A DNA stretch of 64,000 nt from Dehalococcoidia bacterium (GTDB lineage Bacteria; Chloroflexota; Dehalococcoidia; SHYB01), in the NCBI GenBank assembly GCA_965261455.1, contig OZ253453.1:1145526-1209525 (forward strand). Reading direction: 5' to 3'. Made by a program: the position numbers and the translations under genes. The notes beneath the pieces are model-generated. The model was not told the DNA's origin. It ran no database searches and saw only the letters and a list, made by a program, of their open reading frames with translations. Position 1 is the stretch's first letter; every line of letters starts with the position of its first letter. Positions 27,962 to 37,858 of the stretch are shown in pieces.

Positions 27962-29326
27962 GTGAAAGTCACCCTCGAACAGCTTCCCGAGCGTCAGGTT
28001 ATCCTCGATATCGAGGCCGACCCTGAGGAGGTTGAGGCGTCTCGCAAGAAGGCCTACCGGAAACTCGTGGGGCGCGTCAACATCCCAGGGTTCCGAAAGG
28101 GTAAGGCGCCCCTCGCCATGCTCGAACGCTGGATCGGCAAGGAAGCCCTGCTCGAGGAGGCCCTCAACTTCCTCATCCCCGACGCCACCGGCAAGGCCAT
28201 CGAAGACCAAGATGTCGAAGCCGCCGGCGCCCCCAGCATCGAAGTCTCCGGCCTCGACCCCGTCGCGTGGAAGGCCACCGTCCCCCTCATCCCAACCGTC
28301 GACCTCGGCGACTACCGCAACCTCCGCATCGAGTCCGAGCCGGTCGTGGTGGACGAAGACGAGGTCGAGCGCGTCATCGAAGACATCCGGTTCAACGACG
28401 CCCCCTGGGAACCCGTCGAGCGGCCCGTCGAATTAGGCGACTTGGTCACCCTCGACGCGGTCATCGAGGAGGCCGGCCAGACCATCGCCGATCAGAAGGA
28501 CGCTCAGTTCCGGCCCACCGAAGGCGAGCCCAGACCCATCCCCGGATTCTCGGAAGAGCTCGTGGGGATCGAGCCCGGCGGCGAGAAGCGGTTCACCATC
28601 GAGTTCGAGGAGTCGGACGAGCGCAAGGAATTCGCGGGACGTTCGTTCGGCTTCGCCGTCACAGTCAAAGAGATCAAGGCCAAGAACCTTCCCGAGATCG
28701 ACGACGAGTTCGCCAAGGGCGTCGAGGACGGCTTCGAAGACCTCGCCGCCCTGCGGGCGCATGTGCGCGGCCGGCTTGAAGAGCGCGCCGCAGCAGCCGC
28801 CAAGGAGCGCCTCCGCGAGCGCGCCCTCGACCGGCTGATCGAAAACGCAGCGGTCGCCTTCCCGCCCACCCTCGTCGATCACGAGGCCGAGCACCTGCTC
28901 GAAGAGCAGGCCCGCCAGGCAGGCCAAAACTCCGGCGGCGTCGACGCCTACGTGCAGACCCTCGGCAAAGAGAAGGACGAGCTCGTCGAGGAAATGAAGC
29001 CGGCGGCCCGGGCGCGTATCGTCCGCTCGCTCGTCGCGGTCGAGCTCAAGACCGCAGAGGAAATCGAGGTTGCCCCTGAGGAGATCGACGCCGAGGTTGA
29101 GACCCTCCTTGGCTCCGCCGCGCCCGGGTACCGCGAGGAGTTCCGGCGCATCTTCGATACTGACGACAGCCGCCAGAGAATGGAGCAGTCGGTCCTGACC
29201 CGCAAGACGCTCGACCGTTTGGCGGCGATCATGACCGGAGACGAAACGCAAGAAACGACCGAAACAGCCTCGCCCGAGACCGGCGCGTCGGCGGAAGAAC
29301 AGGAACAAGAGGAGCCCACTCCGTGA
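27962..29326 (+). CDS. tig: Trigger factor
   Basis: [10 protein letters not shown]; upstream of clpPX; extended -10 TGCTATACT at 27904-27912. Confidence 0.95.
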   Translation: MKVTLEQLPERQVILDIEADPEEVEASRKKAYRKLVGRVNIPGFRKGKAPLAMLERWIGKEALLEEALNFLIPDATGKAIEDQDVEAAGAPSIEVSGLDPVAWKATVPLIPTVDLGDYRNLRIESEPVVVDEDEVERVIEDIRFNDAPWEPVERPVELGDLVTLDAVIEEAGQTIADQKDAQFRPTEGEPRPIPGFSEELVGIEPGGEKRFTIEFEESDERKEFAGRSFGFAVTVKEIKAKNLPEIDDEFAKGVEDGFEDLAALRAHVRGRLEERAAAAAKERLRERALDRLIENAAVAFPPTLVDHEAEHLLEEQARQAGQNSGGVDAYVQTLGKEKDELVEEMKPAARARIVRSLVAVELKTAEEIEVAPEEIDAEVETLLGSAAPGYREEFRRIFDTDDSRQRMEQSVLTRKTLDRLAAIMTGDETQETTETASPETGASAEEQEQEEPTP

Positions 29327-29952
29327 CGATGACCCCTTACGACCACACCCCTCAGCCCAGCAACATCATCCCAATGGTCATCGAGCAGAGCGCTCGCGGC
29401 GAACGGGCCTTCGACATCTACTCACTGCTGCTCAAGGAGCGCATTGTCTTCCTGGGCACGCCGATCCAAGACCAGATCGCGAATCTCATCATCGCGCAGC
29501 TTCTCTACCTCGAACGCGAGGACCCTGAGAAGGACATCAGCCTCTACATCAACAGCCCAGGCGGTGTGATCAGCGCCGGGCTCGCCATCCACGACACGAT
29601 GAAGCTCCTACGGTGCAATGTGGCCACGATCTGCGTCGGAAGCTGCGCGAGCATGGCTACCGTGCTTCTCAGCTCGGGATCGAAAGGCAAGCGGTACGCC
29701 CTCCCCAACTCCACGATCCACATGCACCAAGCGATGGGCGGGGCCCAGGGCCAGGCGTCCGACATCGAGATCGCGGCCAGGGAAATCCTGCGCATGCAGG
29801 ATGTCATTCGGAACATCCTGGCCAACAACACCGGCCAAAGCTACGATAGAATCGCCCAGGACTCGGACCGCGACTTCTATCTGGACGCGGCGCAGGCCAA
29901 GGAGTACGGTCTGGTGGACGAAGTGTTATCGGACCCGCAGCAATCAAAGTAG
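29323..29952 (+). CDS. clpP: ATP-dependent Clp protease proteolytic subunit
   Basis: [29 protein letters not shown]. Confidence 0.97.
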   Translation: MTMTPYDHTPQPSNIIPMVIEQSARGERAFDIYSLLLKERIVFLGTPIQDQIANLIIAQLLYLEREDPEKDISLYINSPGGVISAGLAIHDTMKLLRCNVATICVGSCASMATVLLSSGSKGKRYALPNSTIHMHQAMGGAQGQASDIEIAAREILRMQDVIRNILANNTGQSYDRIAQDSDRDFYLDAAQAKEYGLVDEVLSDPQQSK

Positions 29953-30001
29953 ACTGAGCACCCGCGGAACGCGCCGCAACCAGACACGGAGGCCTAGCCG
30001 A

Positions 30002-31306
30002 ATGCCTGCAGGACGTTCATCACGGTCGCAGTACGAGTGCTCCTTCTGCGGAAAGCAGCAGCACCAAGTCAAGCGACTCATCGCCGGCCCCGGCAAAGTT
30101 TACATCTGCGACGAATGCGTGCGCCTCTGCCAGCGCATTATCGACGAAGAGGCTCCCGCGGCCGCGGAGACGAAGTCCGCGGCGGCCATCGGCAACCTCG
30201 CTCCCCAGCAGATCTACGCCCAGCTCAGCGAATACGTCGTCGGGCAGGAGCGCGCCAAAAAGGTCCTCAGCGTCGCCGTCTACAATCACTTCAAGCGCAT
30301 CCGCCCCCAAGGGCTCAGCGACGACATCGAGGTCGAAAAGAGCAACATCATGCTCGTCGGGCCCACCGGCTGCGGCAAGACCCTCCTCGCCCAGACTCTC
30401 GCCCGCATCCTCGATGTGCCCTTTGCCATCGCCGACGCCACGTGCCTGACCGAAGCCGGTTATGTAGGGGAGGATGTCGAGAACATCCTCCTCCGTCTTA
30501 TCCAGGCCGCCGATTGGGACATCCCCCGCGCCGAGAGGGGCATCATCTACATCGACGAGATCGACAAGATCGCTCGCAAGGGCTCCAACCCCTCGATCAC
30601 CCGCGACGTTTCCGGGGAGGGCGTCCAGCAGGCGCTTCTCAAGATCATCGAAGGCTCCTCCGCCAACGTGCCCTCTCAGGGCGGGCGCAAGCACCCCTAC
30701 CAGGAATTCATCCAGATCAAGACGGACAACATCCTCTTTATCTGCGGCGGCGCCTTCGAAGGCCTCGACAAGATCGTGAGCCGGCGCACGGGGCTCACCT
30801 CGAGCCTCGGCTTCAAGGCGGCGCGGCCCACCGGCGGCGATGAGCCTGAGGCCATCGACCGCCAGCGCATCCTCGACTACATGATTCCTGACGACCTTCT
30901 CGAGTTCGGCCTTATCCCCGAATTCGTGGGACGCCTCCCCGTCGCTTGCAGCCTTGACCCGCTGACCCAAGAGTCGCTCGTCCGCATCCTCACCGAGCCG
31001 AAGAACGCCCTCACCAAGCAATACCAGCGGCTCCTCCACCTCGACAAGGTCGAGCTCGTCTTCGACGACGACGCCATCGAAGCCGCCGCCCAAGAGGCTA
31101 TGCAGCGCAAGACCGGCGCGCGCGGGCTCCGCACCGTCATCGAAGAAGTTCTGATGGAAGTCATGTACGACATCCCGTCCATGCCCAAGGTCCGCAAGTG
31201 CGTGATCACGGCGGACTGCATCGTGCGGAAGCGCCGGCCGTTGTTGCTGACCGGCGCGGGCCAGGAGATTCCCGCCGTCGCTCCCGATCAGCAGAAGACG
31301 GCCTAA
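30002..31306 (+). CDS. clpX: Clp protease ATP-binding subunit
   Basis: CSFCGK zinc finger, [31 protein letters not shown]. Confidence 0.97.
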   Translation: MPAGRSSRSQYECSFCGKQQHQVKRLIAGPGKVYICDECVRLCQRIIDEEAPAAAETKSAAAIGNLAPQQIYAQLSEYVVGQERAKKVLSVAVYNHFKRIRPQGLSDDIEVEKSNIMLVGPTGCGKTLLAQTLARILDVPFAIADATCLTEAGYVGEDVENILLRLIQAADWDIPRAERGIIYIDEIDKIARKGSNPSITRDVSGEGVQQALLKIIEGSSANVPSQGGRKHPYQEFIQIKTDNILFICGGAFEGLDKIVSRRTGLTSSLGFKAARPTGGDEPEAIDRQRILDYMIPDDLLEFGLIPEFVGRLPVACSLDPLTQESLVRILTEPKNALTKQYQRLLHLDKVELVFDDDAIEAAAQEAMQRKTGARGLRTVIEEVLMEVMYDIPSMPKVRKCVITADCIVRKRRPLLLTGAGQEIPAVAPDQQKTA

Positions 31307-32103
31307 GCCGGCCCGCCCAGCCCGGCTTCGATCTCCCCTGTCAGGTCCAGCCCCTCGATGGGCCGGCCCTGCCCATCGGTCACCGCCCCGCCATCGATGC
31401 GCGCGCGGCCCTGAGCGAAGGCTCGCAGCGTCTCCACCACCAGCAGCCGCTCGCGGGCCGTCCCCGCCTCCCGAATCGCTTGGAACAGCGGCAGCGCCTC
31501 TCCCGCGCTCTCCCGCAGCTCCTCGACGGACCGGCCCTGCACCTCGTCCCACAACGGCTCGAAGGATCCCCCCGCGATGGGAAAGGTCGAGAACGAGACG
31601 ATGGGGCCTCGGTCGACCTCCGGGGTCACCGACTGCATCATGTTCCCGCTCGCGGACGCCCTCGTTTCGATAAGCCGCCAGATGACGTCCTGCCACATAC
31701 CGATGGGGCCGCCGGGGGCCGCCGGGTGCAGGTTGATCGCGGTGTACCGCTCGCAGAGCGCGGGGCTGAAGATGAGCAGGTAACCGGCGAGCACGCAGAG
31801 GTTCGGCTCGTAGGGGGCCAGCCGCTCGATCACCTCATGGTCGTACTTCACCCGCCAGCCGGCGGCGTTATCTCTCAGGCTGGCCTTGAAGCGGCGGAAG
31901 GAGCGCGTCACCAGCGGAAAGCCAAAGCCGCGCACGGCCTCGAAGAAGCGGTCGGTCGGCTCGAATTCGCCCGGCTCGCGGTTGCTGAACACGAACTCGA
32001 CGCGCGCCGGCAGTCGGCCCTGCTCGATCGCGTCGCGGACCGCGGTCACGAGTTGGAGCGATCCCTGCCCCCGTCCGGTAGCGAAGAGACCGATGCGAAA
32101 CAC
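31303..32103 (-). CDS. purN: Phosphoribosylglycinamide formyltransferase-like protein
   Basis: GRGQGS, VFSN, LAGY, INLHPA, EVDRGP. Confidence 0.8.
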   Translation of the reverse strand: MFRIGLFATGRGQGSLQLVTAVRDAIEQGRLPARVEFVFSNREPGEFEPTDRFFEAVRGFGFPLVTRSFRRFKASLRDNAAGWRVKYDHEVIERLAPYEPNLCVLAGYLLIFSPALCERYTAINLHPAAPGGPIGMWQDVIWRLIETRASASGNMMQSVTPEVDRGPIVSFSTFPIAGGSFEPLWDEVQGRSVEELRESAGEALPLFQAIREAGTARERLLVVETLRAFAQGRARIDGGAVTDGQGRPIEGLDLTGEIEAGLGGPA

Positions 32104-32135
32104 GCGGGCTTCACGTCCTCCGGCCGGGCGCCGGC

Positions 32136-32810
32136 CTAGTTGCGCAGGGTGAAGCGCAGGTACTTCGAGCGCACTTTGTTGACCGTCGACACCAAGTGCA
32201 CCAGCGGCGAGGAGCGCCGCCCCATGATGCTCGCCTCTCGCAGCGAGGCGAGGAAGCCATCGGGGCCTTCGAAAGGCGGCATCACCACGGCCACCGCGCC
32301 GAGCTCTAGGGTGCAGTGGGCGTCGCTGCCCGCGCCCATCGCGAAGCCGTGCTCCGTCGCGAACGCCTTGGCGCGCTCGTTGTCGCGCTCCAATGTCGTG
32401 CGGGCGTTGAACACCTCGACGATGTCGATGTACGGGAGAATGCCGGAAACTTGGTCCTCGTCCAGCGGCGAGTTCCGCACCCGGTCGTAGGGGTGCGGTA
32501 TCGAGACCAAGCCCCCCTGCTCCTTGATAGCGCGGCAGGTCTCCACTGGCCCGAGACCCGGCGGGATGCGCTCGCGCAGAAAGAATCCGGTGATCTCGCC
32601 GTACGGCGTCTTGATCTCCTCGGCCACGATTACCTTGAGCTCCGGCGGCGCTAGATCGCGGACCTCAAGCGCGCCGTCCACCTCGTTGTGGTCGGTGACC
32701 GCGATGCACGACAGGCCCACCTTGAGCGCGCGCTTCACCAACGACTTCGGCGGGGTGCCGCAGTCCTTGGAGCGCCAGGTGTGCATATGGAAATCGCCGC
32801 GCAGCATCAT
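32136..32810 (-). CDS. PHP-domain phosphoesterase
   Basis: DFHMHT, AVTDHN, PHP, GSDAH. Confidence 0.9.
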   Translation of the reverse strand: MMLRGDFHMHTWRSKDCGTPPKSLVKRALKVGLSCIAVTDHNEVDGALEVRDLAPPELKVIVAEEIKTPYGEITGFFLRERIPPGLGPVETCRAIKEQGGLVSIPHPYDRVRNSPLDEDQVSGILPYIDIVEVFNARTTLERDNERAKAFATEHGFAMGAGSDAHCTLELGAVAVVMPPFEGPDGFLASLREASIMGRRSSPLVHLVSTVNKVRSKYLRFTLRN

Positions 32811-32857
32811 GCCCGCCCTCTCACGTCGTTCTCGTGCGCCGCTCAGCATTCCCGGGC

Positions 32858-33109
32858 TCAGACATCCAGACCATCCTCGCGGATCTCCCCGGACTCTGTC
32901 CTCGTAACGAAAGCCGTCTGCAGCTCCTTGATCCGCAACTCGGCGGTGTCGAGGCGCTCCGAGCAAGTCTTCACCAGTCCCATGCCCTGCTCATAGAGCG
33001 ACGTGGCCTCCGCCAGCGTCAGGCCGCCCTTTTCAAGGGCCTGCACCGTCTCCTCCAACCGCCGGAAGGCCGCCTCGAAATCGACTGCATCCGCCGCCGT
33101 GTCGCTCAC
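32858..33109 (-). CDS. xseB: Exodeoxyribonuclease VII small subunit
   Basis: FEAAFRRLEETVQALEKGGLTLAEATSLYEQG; TAAGAT 6 nt before GTG 33109 (leaderless-like). Confidence 0.93.
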   Translation of the reverse strand: MSDTAADAVDFEAAFRRLEETVQALEKGGLTLAEATSLYEQGMGLVKTCSERLDTAELRIKELQTAFVTRTESGEIREDGLDV

Positions 33110-33399
33110 CACGCTATCTTAGCCCGGAACGCCCCCGCATTCCAGAACGCCGCATCCGCCGGGGACCGCGAGCCGAGTCCCTTCCGACCTCTGCTCTCTC
33201 CGGGGGAGTTTGCGAGAGGGCGCCCTCCCGCGTCTTCTCCCAACGGAGACCTTTGCGTAACCGGGGCTCGTCCCGTCTCCGCAATTCCGCAGGAGGCTCG
33301 TCTCCCTTGCCGGCAAGGGGCCCGCTCTCCCGCAATCGTCCAGCCTTCCAGCAACTCCGGTCGATGGCCCCAAACGGCCCACGGGGGCGATACCGGACT

Positions 33400-33450
33400 G
33401 AAACATATGTTCGCTATGCCTACTTTACGGCTGCTTGCCGGGCTTGTCAA
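33400..33450 (-). promoter_or_regulatory. Promoter with SOS-box-like site
   Basis: TTGACA (33445-33450)-17-TAAAGT (33422-33427); CGAAC-ATAT-GTTTC on minus at 33400-33413. Confidence 0.6.
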
Positions 33451-33484
33451 GGGCGGTTGTAAACGGCTCTAGCGGGGCGGCGCC

Positions 33485-34750
33485 CTACGACTCCCAGAGC
33501 GCCATCTGCTCCGCCGCGCGCGCCTTGGCGCTTCGACGGCGTCGGGCCGGAGGCGGAGGCGGATGACCCGCCTCTGCTACCACGGCACGGAAGGCGCCGT
33601 CGCTGACGTGGGCCACGATCGCGTCGCCGCCGGAGACCTGCGCCGTCCGCGATACGACGCCGCTGTCCCGCTCCCTTTCGACGAGCGCGTAGCCCCGGTC
33701 GAGGGTGTTCGCCGGATTCAACGACGCCAACTGCAAGCGGCGGCTTCGAAGGCGTTCCCGCATTAGCGCCGTCTCGCGGGCAGCGGCAGCGAACGCCACA
33801 CGCGATAGCTCGTCGAGCCGCTGGCGGCGCGACGCAATATCCGGAGCGCCGCGCTGGACGCCGAGGGCCAACTGACCCACCTCATCCCGCTTCGAGTCGA
33901 GCAGCCGTGTCAGCTCGCCGCCGAGCGCCGCGCGCGCTTCGGCGAGACGCTGCGCGAGGTCGCGGCGGTCGGGCACGCAGAGCTCGGCGGCGGCCGAGGG
34001 CGTCGGGGCGCGCAGATCGGCAACGAGGTCGGCGATGGTCGTATCGGTCTCGTGGCCTATGGCGCTGACGACCGGGACGCGGCTGGCGTGAATCGCCCGC
34101 GCCACCGACTCCTCGTTGAACGCCCACAAATCTTCGAGCGACCCCCCGCCCCGCGCCAGAATCACCACGTCGACGCCGCCCAGGTCGTTCACCGCTCGCA
34201 GCGCCGCAACGACTCCCGGCGCGGCCGCGGCGCCCTGCACCGGCGTATGCGCCATCACCAGCTCGATGAGGGGAAAGCGCCGCTCGATGACCGTCTGAAT
34301 GTCGTGGCGCACCGATCCCGTGCGCGACGTGATCGCGGCGACGCGGCGCGGCATGGCGGGAATGGGCCGCTTCCGCGACGGGTCGAAGAGCCCCTCTTCC
34401 TCCAGTTTCGCTTTGAGGCGCAGGAAGGCCATGTGCAGGACGCCGACGCCCTCGGGCTGGACCTGGTCGGCGTAGACCTGCACCTCGCCGCGCGCCGTAT
34501 AGAACGCCACGCGCCCGTGCACCGTCACCGACGCGCCGTTCTCCAGATGCTCCGCGCCGATGCCGCCGTTGCGGAACATCACGCCGCGAAGCTGCGCCTC
34601 CGCGTCCTTCAACGAGAAGTACGAGTGCCCCGCGCCGGAGCGCGACAGATTCGAGACCTCGCCCGTTATGTAGAGATCGGCGAGGTTGGCGTCGGCGTCC
34701 AGCGTATCGCGGAGGTACCGCGAGACCTGGGTGACGGTATAGACGGGCAT
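33485..34750 (-). CDS. xseA: Exodeoxyribonuclease VII large subunit
   Basis: GEVSN..GHSYFSLKD, ARGGGSLEDLWAFN, SAIGHETD, APTPSAAAE. Confidence 0.97.
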   Translation of the reverse strand: MPVYTVTQVSRYLRDTLDADANLADLYITGEVSNLSRSGAGHSYFSLKDAEAQLRGVMFRNGGIGAEHLENGASVTVHGRVAFYTARGEVQVYADQVQPEGVGVLHMAFLRLKAKLEEEGLFDPSRKRPIPAMPRRVAAITSRTGSVRHDIQTVIERRFPLIELVMAHTPVQGAAAAPGVVAALRAVNDLGGVDVVILARGGGSLEDLWAFNEESVARAIHASRVPVVSAIGHETDTTIADLVADLRAPTPSAAAELCVPDRRDLAQRLAEARAALGGELTRLLDSKRDEVGQLALGVQRGAPDIASRRQRLDELSRVAFAAAARETALMRERLRSRRLQLASLNPANTLDRGYALVERERDSGVVSRTAQVSGGDAIVAHVSDGAFRAVVAEAGHPPPPPARRRRSAKARAAEQMALWES

Positions 34751-34803
34751 AGCGGCCCCATCATCGCGCCGCAGGCCGCCGCGGGGCAAGGGGGCGGCGG
34801 CGT

Positions 34804-35892
34804 CTACGCCGCGGAGGCGTCCATCTTCGGAGCCGTGGTCAGATCGCGCGCCTTGCCGTTCTCCAGCACCACGATGTCCTCGATGCGGACGCCGCCCCAC
34901 TCGGGGAGGTAGACACCCGGCTCGATGGTGAACACCATCCCGTCCTGTAGCTCGTCCTTCATGTTGCGCGAGACGCGCGGGTTCTCATGAATGTTGAGGC
35001 CGACGCCGTGCCCAGTGCCGTGGCCGAACTTGTCGCCGTAGCCCGCCTTCTCGATCACGTCCCGCGCCAGCTTGTCCGCGTCATGGCCCGACATCCCGGC
35101 CTCCACCGCGTTGATCGCCGTCTCCTGCGCCACCAGCACCGTGTCGTAGACGCGCTTGTAGGTGTCGTCGGGCGCGCCGATGTAGTGGGTGCGCGTGATG
35201 TCGGAGCAGTAGCCCTGGAGCTTGGCCCCCATGTCGATCACGATGGGCTCGTTGGCCTTGATCTTGGTATCGCTGGGCCGGTGATGGGGCCGCGCCGCGT
35301 TCGGCCCCGCGCCGACGATGATGTCAAACGACGTGCTCTCCGCGCCCTGCTCCCGCATCGACCGCTCCAGCCGCCACGCGATCTCCCGCTCCGTCATCCC
35401 CGGCTCCAGCCGCTCCGACACCTCCACCATCGCCCGGTCGGCGATCTCAACGGACCGGGTCAGGAGCGCGAGCTCCTCTGCGTCCTTGTAGATGCGCAGC
35501 GATTCGGCGAGGTCCGCCGTCGGGACCAGCTTGGGGCGTAGGGCCGGCTTGAGCTTGCGCAGCGTCGACTTCAGCATCTCGTGGAAGGCGTAGGTCGCGT
35601 CATGGGCCTCGAAACCCAGCTTGCCCGGCCCGCCGGCCTCGATGAGCGGGTGCAGCCAGGTCTTCATCTCGCCGGTCATCTTCACCAACTCGAACTCCGG
35701 CGCTTGGATCTTCGACTGCTCCCAGTAGCGGAAGTCGGTTGCGATGTACGCCCGTTCCGGCGAGATGAACAGGTACCCCGCCGAGCCGGTGAACCCCGAG
35801 AGGTAGCGCCGGTTCTGGGGATTCGAGATCAGGACCGCATCGACGCCCTCGTCCGCGAGACGTTCGCGGAGGCGCTGTACGCGTTGGTTCAT
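34804..35892 (-). CDS. Xaa-Pro aminopeptidase (M24B)
   Basis: YLSGFTGS, DMG..YCSDITRT, HGTGHGVG, TIEPGVY, GVRIED. Confidence 0.93.
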   Translation of the reverse strand: MNQRVQRLRERLADEGVDAVLISNPQNRRYLSGFTGSAGYLFISPERAYIATDFRYWEQSKIQAPEFELVKMTGEMKTWLHPLIEAGGPGKLGFEAHDATYAFHEMLKSTLRKLKPALRPKLVPTADLAESLRIYKDAEELALLTRSVEIADRAMVEVSERLEPGMTEREIAWRLERSMREQGAESTSFDIIVGAGPNAARPHHRPSDTKIKANEPIVIDMGAKLQGYCSDITRTHYIGAPDDTYKRVYDTVLVAQETAINAVEAGMSGHDADKLARDVIEKAGYGDKFGHGTGHGVGLNIHENPRVSRNMKDELQDGMVFTIEPGVYLPEWGGVRIEDIVVLENGKARDLTTAPKMDASAA

Positions 35893-35981
35893 GCGGGGCT
35901 CCTCGGAGGGTCTGGCCGCACCGGCGAGGCGCGGCGGCCCGCCCATTCTAGCCCCCAGCGCCCTTCCCGCTCTACCCCGCG

Positions 35982-36419
35982 CTACTCGTTCGCCAGGGCT
36001 GCCAGCATTTCAAGGGCCGCTACGTAGCCCCGCCAGCCGAAGCCGCTGACCACACCCCGCGCGATGGGCGAGATCACCGACGTGCGGCGCCACTCATCGC
36101 GGGCGAAGACGTTGGACAGGTGGACCTCCGCGATCGGCTTCCCCGTGTCGACCAGCGCGTCGTGAATGGCGTAGCTGTAATGACCGAACGCCCCGGGGTT
36201 GATGACGATGCCGTCGGCCCCGCCCGCCTCGGCCTGAAGATGGTCGATGATGGCCCCCTCGCCGTTGGCCTGGAAGAACGAGACCTCGACCCCCAGCGCC
36301 GCGGCGCGCTCCGCGATCAAGCCGTTCACCTCGTCGAGCGTCTGGCTGCCGTAGAGAGCCGGGTCGCGCTGGCCGAGCCGGTTCAAGTTAGGACCGTGAA
36401 TCACGAGGTAGCGGGCCAT
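35982..36419 (-). CDS. aroQ: Type II 3-dehydroquinate dehydratase
   Basis: HGPNLNRLGQRDP..YG, INPGA, EVHLSN. Confidence 0.95.
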   Translation of the reverse strand: MARYLVIHGPNLNRLGQRDPALYGSQTLDEVNGLIAERAAALGVEVSFFQANGEGAIIDHLQAEAGGADGIVINPGAFGHYSYAIHDALVDTGKPIAEVHLSNVFARDEWRRTSVISPIARGVVSGFGWRGYVAALEMLAALANE

Positions 36420-36420
36420 C

Positions 36421-37410
36421 CTAGCCCTCCTGATCATCGCCGTGCCCGCCCCGCGCCAGCGGGTGGGCCGATTCATATATCTTCCGGGCCTGCACCTGGG
36501 TGACGTGGGTGTAGATCTGCGTCGTCGCGGGGCTGCTGTGACCCAAAAGCTCCTGGACCACGCGGAGGTCGGCGCCGCCATCGAGCATGTGCGTCGCGAA
36601 GCTGTGGCGCAGCGTATGGGTATGGATGCGTTCGGCGTCGAGTCCGGCGCGCCGCGCCGTCTCCTTGACGATGCGCTGGATCGAGCGCGGCGTGAGCCGC
36701 CGCCCGTAGCGGTTGAGGAAGGCCGCGTCGCTGCGCCGCCCACGCCGTCCCTCCGCCCCGTTCTCCCGCGCCGCCTTCTCTCCGGTGAACACGTGGCGCT
36801 CGCGGAGATAGCGCCGCAGCGCGGCGGCGGCGGGCACGCCGATGTAGGCCATGCGTTCCTTCGCCCCCTTGCCTCTGACGCGAAGCTCGCGCTCGGTCAG
36901 GTCCATGTCGCCGATGTCGAGGCCCGCCGCCTCACTGACGCGCAGGCCGGCCGCGTACACCAGCTCGAGGATCGCCTGGTCCCGCAGCCCCTGGACCGTG
37001 CTCGTGTCGACGGCGGCCAGCATACGCACCGCCTCCGTTTGCGTGAGGAAGCTCGGCAGTCTTTGCTCTTGCTTTGGCGCGAGTGCCCGCCCCTCTCGCG
37101 ACCGCTTGCTCCACAGCGGGCGCGCCGGGACGACGCCACGCATCGAGAGGAAGCGGAAGAAGGCCCGGACCGCACTCAGACGCAGCGCGATGCCGCTCTT
37201 GGCCAGGCCCGAATTGCCCAGCGACGCCATGTACCGCCGTATGATCGGACGTTCGACAGACGCTAGGTCATCGACGCCCTCGACCTCCAGGAAAGTGAGA
37301 AACCGGCGCGTATGCGTCGCATAGGCCTCTTCAGTGCGCGGCGAGAGACCCCGCTCCGCGCCCAAGTGGCGGATGAAGTCCTGCACACGCGCTTCAAATT
37401 CGGCATTCAT
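36421..37410 (-). CDS. xerC: Tyrosine recombinase XerC/D
   Basis: GLRVSE, GKGAKER, HTLRHSFATH, LLGH..TTQIYT; topA-dprA neighbourhood. Confidence 0.85.
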   Translation of the reverse strand: MNAEFEARVQDFIRHLGAERGLSPRTEEAYATHTRRFLTFLEVEGVDDLASVERPIIRRYMASLGNSGLAKSGIALRLSAVRAFFRFLSMRGVVPARPLWSKRSREGRALAPKQEQRLPSFLTQTEAVRMLAAVDTSTVQGLRDQAILELVYAAGLRVSEAAGLDIGDMDLTERELRVRGKGAKERMAYIGVPAAAALRRYLRERHVFTGEKAARENGAEGRRGRRSDAAFLNRYGRRLTPRSIQRIVKETARRAGLDAERIHTHTLRHSFATHMLDGGADLRVVQELLGHSSPATTQIYTHVTQVQARKIYESAHPLARGGHGDDQEG

Positions 37411-37519
37411 GGCGAGAACATAGGTCTGAAACGGTTCCGAACCTCTTTCATGCTAACTAGCGGCGTCCCTTCATGTCAAAGGGCGCCCTCCCCTCTGGTC
37501 CGGCCTCTCCTCCTCTGGG

Positions 37520-37690
37520 GACCCTTGCGTAACCTTGGTCCGCAGGCTCCGGCAAGGTCGCGCAGCCCCCCTCCCCCCGCCCTCACCCCAACCCTCTCCC
37601 AGCGGGAGAGGGGGCAAGACCCCTCTCCGCCTCCCTCTCCCAAGCCAGCGGACGGCGCTCTCTCCCTCGCCGCTGGTTATGCAAAGGCCT
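37520..37690. repeat. ~170-bp MITE/REP-like element, copy 1
   Basis: Imperfect TIRs GACCCTTGCGTAACC..GGTTATGCAAAGGCC; core near-identical to 62628-62798. Confidence 0.7.
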
Positions 37691-37858
37691 CCTGTGGGGG
37701 AGACTGAGAGAGGGCGCGCGCCGCTAGGCGCGCGGGCGCCCACAGGGCGCTCCTCCCTCCCACGAGAGAGTCACGCAAAGGTCTGAGGGTGGATAGGGCC
37801 GAAGGAAAGGGCGAGTCGCGACTCGGCCCCTAGGGAAGGGAGGCGGCGATACCCCGTC

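Noticed and set aside
33119-33406. 95 aa ORF starting inside the SOS-like box
   Set aside because: Runs through repeat and palindromic DNA with low-complexity composition; no coding support
36421-37410. Tyrosine recombinase as a mobile-element integrase
   Set aside because: Housekeeping dprA-topA-xer context with host-like composition
37411-37445. SOS box upstream of xerC (AGAACATAGGTCT)
   Set aside because: Spacing and right half-site do not fit GAAC-N4-GTTC
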